Positions 59,830-64,000 of a stretch of DNA of 64,000 nucleotides are shown piece after piece (the stretch's first letter is position 1; each line of letters opens with the position of its first letter). The translations under genes were made by a program, and so were the position numbers. The notes beneath the pieces were generated by a model. That model ran no database searches. It had not been told where the DNA came from and saw only the letters and a list, made by a program, of their open reading frames with translations. Location of the stretch: positions 8,508 through 72,507 of the forward strand of contig JBEKBJ010000009.1 in assembly GCA_050015455.1 (NCBI GenBank). The letters are read 5' to 3'. The DNA comes from Candidatus Binatia bacterium. Lineage in GTDB: Bacteria; Desulfobacterota; Binatia; HRBIN30.

Positions 59830-60234
59830 TCAAGTATCCAGGAGGCGGAGCAACGCCTCCGCGTCCACGGGCTTTCCCAGCACGGCATCGGGTCCCCGAA
59901 TGCCCTTGTGAAAGGAGAGGTAGGATTTGCCGTAGTCTTCCAAGACCCGGTCATTGCCCGTAACCACGATCACCATGAGGTTGCTCCAGCGCGGACTGCT
60001 GCGCAACTTAACCAGCAGGTCCAGCCCCGACCTGCCCGGCATCAACACATCCATGATCACCGTATCGGCCGGGAATTCCTCGAGCTGGGAGAGAGCTTCC
60101 ACCTCGTCTTCCGCGGCGCGCACCTCGTATCCCTTGTCCTCCAGCAGCACCGACAGATAGAACGCCGTGTCCCGGTCGTCGTCCACCACGAGGACTCTCC
60201 CTCTTCCAGTGGATACGCCAGACATGCTGCTCAC
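59830..60234 (-). CDS. Stand-alone response-regulator receiver domain (CheY-like), paralogous to the neighbouring one
   Basis: VLVVDDDRD ... DTVIMDVLMP ... IVVTGN ... LGKP, starting at GTG. Confidence 0.8.
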   Translation of the reverse strand: MSSMSGVSTGRGRVLVVDDDRDTAFYLSVLLEDKGYEVRAAEDEVEALSQLEEFPADTVIMDVLMPGRSGLDLLVKLRSSPRWSNLMVIVVTGNDRVLEDYGKSYLSFHKGIRGPDAVLGKPVDAEALLRLLDT

Positions 60235-60253
60235 CCTGGTTGTCTTCCGTCGC

Positions 60254-61723
60254 CTATTGTTCGCAGGCGCTCGGCTCGTCCACCAACGGGACGCTCGGGC
60301 GCGCTTCGAGAGGAAAGCGTACCAGGAACCGACTGCCGCGCTGCGGCTCCGAACTCACGTCGATGCGGCCGCCGTGTTTGCCAACGATCTTGTTCGCGAT
60401 GAACAGGCCGAGGCCGGTTCCCTTGATTCCCTTGGAGGTGAAGAACAGGGAAAAGATCTTCTCCCGCGTCTCGCGGTCCATGCCTATGCCGTTGTCCTCC
60501 ACGTCGAAGGTCATGAAGGGGGGCTCGCGGCCAACGTTCACTCTCACGAAGTGCTGGTCTTTACGCCGGTCGGCACGGCAGGCGTCCAGAGAGTTCTCGA
60601 CGATGTTCAACAGCACGGCTCGCACCGCCATCGCGTCGCCAGCGAACGTGCCAGCGTCGGGGGCGACGTCGATGGTCAGCTCCGTGTCGATGTCGCTGGC
60701 CTTCTTCTGCAAACCGTTCTCCAGGTCCGCGAACAGCTCGGCAGGGTTGACGTCGACCAGCGAAAGCTCTCGGTCCTTGGCATAGTAGAGGATGTCCATC
60801 ACCATGCTGCGGATACGGTCGACGTTGCGCTGGACCATTTCCCAGCCTCTTTCAATCCGGGCTCGATCGTCACTGGCGAAGCCCGAGTTGACGAGGTAGA
60901 TGCCGCCATCCAAGCCCATGAGCAAGCCCTTGATCCCGTGTGAGATCGAGCCCACGAGCAGGCCGATTGAGGTGAGCTGCGACTGCAACTGCCGGATCTC
61001 CGTGATGTCGGCGGACATCTCGATGACGGCCTCGGGCTTGCCTTCGGAGTTGAAGATCGGCGCGGTCGTGGCCAGCACGTTGATCCTCTCTCCCGCGGCC
61101 GAGGTCACGACCTCCTCGGTGCTCCGGCACTGGCCGTCCTCCAGGGTCAGCCGGGCGGCGCACACCAGGCAAGGCTCCTCGCGGTGCTTGTAAACCTTGT
61201 AGCAGTAGTTCCCCACCGCCGGCCCGAAGGTCTCGCGAAAGCGCCGGTTGGCGTTTCGGATCATCAGGTCCTGGCCCTGCACGGAGATGTAGCACGGGAC
61301 CTCCTCGAAGAGCTGAGCAAAGTGCTCCTGGCTGCGCTGCAGGAGGTTCTGGAGTCTCTTGAACTCGTCGATCACTGTGAGCATCTCCATGACCGACACG
61401 ATGTTGCCACCTTCGTCGCAACAAAAGGGCGTAGTATGCACCAGGACGTGCCTTTGCTTGCCGTGTCGCGTGAGCAGGAGTTGCTCGTTCGAGTGACTCT
61501 TCCCGTCTGTGAAGGTCATCTCGACGGGGCAGTTCTCACACACATCTTCTCGCTGCTTGTACACGCGGTAACAGAAGTCGCCGATGATGCGCTCGCCGAA
61601 GTCCGTGCGAACGCGGCGGTTGGCATCGATGATGCGGAAGTCCCGGCCGTGGACGGACAAGTAGCAAGGCATCTCCTCGAAGTACTGCTCGTAAGTAATG
61701 ATCGTGGGAATTCGATCGTCCAT
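60254..61723 (-). CDS. Cytoplasmic PAS-domain sensor histidine kinase (two PAS/PAC-like repeats, HisKA, HATPase)
   Basis: A duplicated ~120-aa segment contains conserved Cys pairs (CYLSVHGRDF.I.DANRR ... CENCPV / CYISVQGQDLMIRNANRR ... CLVCAA). The H-box is ISHGIKGLL, and the ATPase G-boxes are DNGIGM...GTGLGL. The start is ATG 61723. Confidence 0.8.
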   Translation of the reverse strand: MDDRIPTIITYEQYFEEMPCYLSVHGRDFRIIDANRRVRTDFGERIIGDFCYRVYKQREDVCENCPVEMTFTDGKSHSNEQLLLTRHGKQRHVLVHTTPFCCDEGGNIVSVMEMLTVIDEFKRLQNLLQRSQEHFAQLFEEVPCYISVQGQDLMIRNANRRFRETFGPAVGNYCYKVYKHREEPCLVCAARLTLEDGQCRSTEEVVTSAAGERINVLATTAPIFNSEGKPEAVIEMSADITEIRQLQSQLTSIGLLVGSISHGIKGLLMGLDGGIYLVNSGFASDDRARIERGWEMVQRNVDRIRSMVMDILYYAKDRELSLVDVNPAELFADLENGLQKKASDIDTELTIDVAPDAGTFAGDAMAVRAVLLNIVENSLDACRADRRKDQHFVRVNVGREPPFMTFDVEDNGIGMDRETREKIFSLFFTSKGIKGTGLGLFIANKIVGKHGGRIDVSSEPQRGSRFLVRFPLEARPSVPLVDEPSACEQ

Positions 61724-61912
61724 GCTGTCCTCCCGCGGTGCCAGCATGTGGTGCTGGCCGAGCATGCGCCGGTGTTCCCTCCCCGGCCGGGCAGGCGGAG
61801 CACCCGGCGTCAGGCCATCAGCCTCGGGGGTGTGGCTTCATCATAATCCTCGAAATACTCGAACACCTCGCGAACAGCCGTGCGCCTTCGCTTTGCCCCG
61901 GCGCAGAGCGCC

Positions 61913-63661
61913 CTACTCCTTTTTGTCCCGCAGCTCGAGGATCCGGTGCACCCCAGTGACCAGATCCTCGGGGCTCACCGGCTTGTTCATGTAGCCGTCG
62001 GGCTTCTCGGCGTGAGCGGCGTAGATCACCTCGCGGAACTCCGGGTGCCCGGTGACCACGCAGATCAACATCGCCGTGGTGTCCGGGCTACCGCGAAGCT
62101 CCCGGAAGACCTCGACACCATCCTTGCCCGGCATGGAGATATCCAGAGTGATGAGGTCCGGCTTCTCCTTTCCTGCCAGCTCGATGGCCTGGTCGCCGTC
62201 CGTGGCCTCGATGATCGTGGCGCCGGCATCCGCGAGCACGGTGCTGATGAAGGTGCGGGCATCGTCCTCGTCGTCGACGACCAGGATTTTCCGGCCCTGG
62301 AGGGGCAGCCCGGGTTCCGGCTTCGCGGCGGCTTTTTTCCTGCTCACGGCACACTCCTCCAACACCAGCGCTCCCGCCACAAGGTCTACCAGTTGCACCA
62401 CCTTGCAATCAAGCTTGTAGTGCCTGATGACATCCGTGAGACCGTCGACGCAATTGTGGCACGAGGTGACGACGATCTTGGCGCCGGTGGCCGCGATCTG
62501 GTCTGCCTTAACCCTCGCCGACTTCAGGCGACGAGGCGTGTACTCGGACATCGACATGGCGCCGCCGCCACCCGTGCAGCAGTAGTTTTCGGTGCGGTTG
62601 GGGTGCATCTCGCGGAAATCGCTGACCACCATGTTCAGAAGCTCTCGAGGCTCTTCGTAGAATCCGCAGCTGCGAGCGTTGTTGCACGAGTCGTGGAAGG
62701 TGACCGGGATGGAATTCCTGGTCTTGTCCACCTTGATCCGACCTTCCCTGATGTAGCGGATCATGGTGACCACCGAGCTTTCCATGACGAAGTCCTGATC
62801 TGTTCCCGACCAATTCGGTCCTTCGCAGCGAGTCGATCGGTAGCCATGGCCGCACTCGGAGATCACCAGGCGCTTGCCCCGCAGTTCTTTGAATTTCTCC
62901 TCCAGGTGCTTCCAAGAGGCCGCGCCCATGGCATCATCGCCGGAGAAAAGTCCGAAATTCGTCTGATCCCAGCCCCAGGAGGGCATGGTCCAGTTCTCGT
63001 CCGCGGCGTAGAAGATCAAGGCGGCGTTGTTGATCGTGCGCGGGTCGTACTTCGCCTCACGTGGGTTGATTGTATAGACGACCTCAGCGTCCAGCTTGTC
63101 GACCGGGATCGCCGCCTGCTCGTCGCCTCCCACCTGGTCCACGAGCTCTTCCGAGACCCACTCCAGAGTCTCTATGTAGTCCTCCTCGAGCACCCCCATC
63201 TGGTTGCCGATCTCCCAGGTGTCTTTGCTGACCACTCGGACACCTTCCGGCATCACGCCAACCCGGGTCAGCAGGCCGCGCATGATCCGGTTGAGGGTGG
63301 CGGTGTCCACGCCCATCGGGCAGTTGAACGTGCAGCGCCGACAGTTGGTGCAAGTCCCGAAGGCGATGTCTTTGAGTTTATCCAGATCCTCATCCGTCAC
63401 GGGGGGATAGGCATTGACCCACCGGGGAAACACCCGGCCGGTCCAGTCGAAATGCCGCTTGAAGATTTTGCGCAACTGATCCGCCTTGTACGAGGGCGTC
63501 ATCTTGGGATCGTCGGGATGGGTCAAAACGTAATGACAGGCCTCGTTGCACATGCCGCAATGCACACAACCAACCAACGAACCCACTACCTGGCGCGTTA
63601 GCTTGGGCGCCAGCAGCTCCACCATCTTGTCGACTTTGTACGACCTGTTCTGATCGGCCAT
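61913..63661 (-). CDS. HdrD/DsrK/GlpC-family Fe-S oxidoreductase (two ferredoxin-type 4Fe-4S motifs and two CCG domains) fused to a C-terminal response-regulator receiver domain
   Basis: The ferredoxin motifs are CVHCGMCNEAC and CTNCRRCTFNCP. The CCG-type Cys clusters are ...CCTGGGG... and ...SCHNC... The C-terminal ~125 aa form a canonical REC domain (ILVVDDEDD ... DLITLDISMP ... VVTG ... NKP). ATG 63661 is preceded by AAGGAGG, and the upstream gene's TGA lies inside the RBS. Confidence 0.75.
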   Translation of the reverse strand: MADQNRSYKVDKMVELLAPKLTRQVVGSLVGCVHCGMCNEACHYVLTHPDDPKMTPSYKADQLRKIFKRHFDWTGRVFPRWVNAYPPVTDEDLDKLKDIAFGTCTNCRRCTFNCPMGVDTATLNRIMRGLLTRVGVMPEGVRVVSKDTWEIGNQMGVLEEDYIETLEWVSEELVDQVGGDEQAAIPVDKLDAEVVYTINPREAKYDPRTINNAALIFYAADENWTMPSWGWDQTNFGLFSGDDAMGAASWKHLEEKFKELRGKRLVISECGHGYRSTRCEGPNWSGTDQDFVMESSVVTMIRYIREGRIKVDKTRNSIPVTFHDSCNNARSCGFYEEPRELLNMVVSDFREMHPNRTENYCCTGGGGAMSMSEYTPRRLKSARVKADQIAATGAKIVVTSCHNCVDGLTDVIRHYKLDCKVVQLVDLVAGALVLEECAVSRKKAAAKPEPGLPLQGRKILVVDDEDDARTFISTVLADAGATIIEATDGDQAIELAGKEKPDLITLDISMPGKDGVEVFRELRGSPDTTAMLICVVTGHPEFREVIYAAHAEKPDGYMNKPVSPEDLVTGVHRILELRDKKE

Positions 63662-63672
63662 GGTTTCCTCCT

Positions 63673-64000
63673 TCAACCCCTGGCAACCGCCGGTGGCATG
63701 CTCCCCCGGTGGCCCAAAGTGCGGCCGATCCAGTACCGCGTGAAGGGGTAGTACAGGTAATGAGAGATTTTCGAGAATGGAACGTAGATCAGGAAGAAGC
63801 TGGTGGCAAAAAGATAGGCCACCCAGTAGCCTTCACCCTTCAACAACCCAGCCGTGTGAGCCGCGGCTGCAACGCCCACCCCGAACCAGATCGTCAAGGT
63901 AATCAAAGAAAAGTAATCGTCCGGTGTGCTGATGAGGCGTAGGACCGGCCTGGCGAAACGGCGTATGCCCCGGCCCACCGCCACCACGAAGGCGGCACCT
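63673..64000 (-). CDS. Integral membrane protein, 3' part only. It may be the NarI/HdrE/DsrM-type membrane partner of the HdrD-like protein.
   Basis: The frame is open to the end of the window. It contains hydrophobic helices with His residues (AAAAHTAGLL, SKISHYLYYP). The stop overlaps the RBS of the downstream Fe-S gene. Confidence 0.4.
   Translation of the reverse strand, partial: GAAFVVAVGRGIRRFARPVLRLISTPDDYFSLITLTIWFGVGVAAAAHTAGLLKGEGYWVAYLFATSFFLIYVPFSKISHYLYYPFTRYWIGRTLGHRGSMPPAVARG

Noticed and set aside
57600-63601. Plus-strand ORFs 57600..58487, 59377..60402, 60167..60943, 61184..61846 and 61880..63601
   Set aside because: They are antisense to the co-oriented minus-strand signalling operon, whose genes all carry clear domain motifs.

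Overview
This is a high-GC (roughly 65-70%), gene-dense bacterial chromosomal window with coding on both strands. I found no rRNA, tRNA, CRISPR array, IS element or transposase. Several hallmarks point to a Myxococcota-like deltaproteobacterium: a FrzS/AglZ-like coiled-coil protein with pseudo-receiver domains, a MYXO-CTERM-like sorting tail, and PrsK-like kinases. Housekeeping content includes a propionyl-CoA carboxylase-like and methylmalonyl-CoA mutase operon, pdaD, def, dnaB, sucA-sucB-lpdA, plsX, rplU-rpmA, an obg remnant and proB. Between these lie three accessory blocks that look like coherent systems. (1) A cohesin/dockerin-like cell-surface assembly. It comprises an adaptor protein with a PD40 beta-propeller, a cohesin-like domain and two dockerin-like modules (3361..6312). 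Its gene overlaps that of a cohesin-bearing anchor protein ending in a MYXO-CTERM-like GC...TM...RRRR tail (6369..7595). Two dockerin-tagged cargo proteins (23033..26065 and 29501..30927) are each preceded by a duplicated ~270-bp leader. One cargo protein contains seven nearly identical 147-bp FG-GAP repeats. (2) A lipid/signal-biosynthesis locus (39.1-54.2 kb). It has two paralogous multi-TM GAF histidine kinases (PrsK-like), each translationally coupled to an upstream biosynthetic gene: a GNAT/LuxI-like N-acyltransferase and a beta-ketoacyl synthase. It also has an ACP, a second KAS, an MMPL/RND exporter, a B12-radical SAM enzyme, and a LolA-like plus outer-membrane-protein pair. (3) A redox/sulfur signalling operon (57.4-64.0 kb). 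It encodes an HdrD/DsrK-like CCG Fe-S protein fused to a C-terminal receiver domain, a NarI/DsrM-like membrane partner, a PAS histidine kinase, two stand-alone receivers, a SufS-like cysteine desulfurase and a tandem Cys-less DsrC/TusE-like protein. Other notable items are two tandem paralogous secreted proteins of an unrecognised family next to an HtrA protease, an orphan radical-SAM/SPASM maturase, and a HepT/MNT toxin-antitoxin pair. Many long ORFs in the supplied track are antisense or alternate-frame artefacts of high GC content and are rejected.
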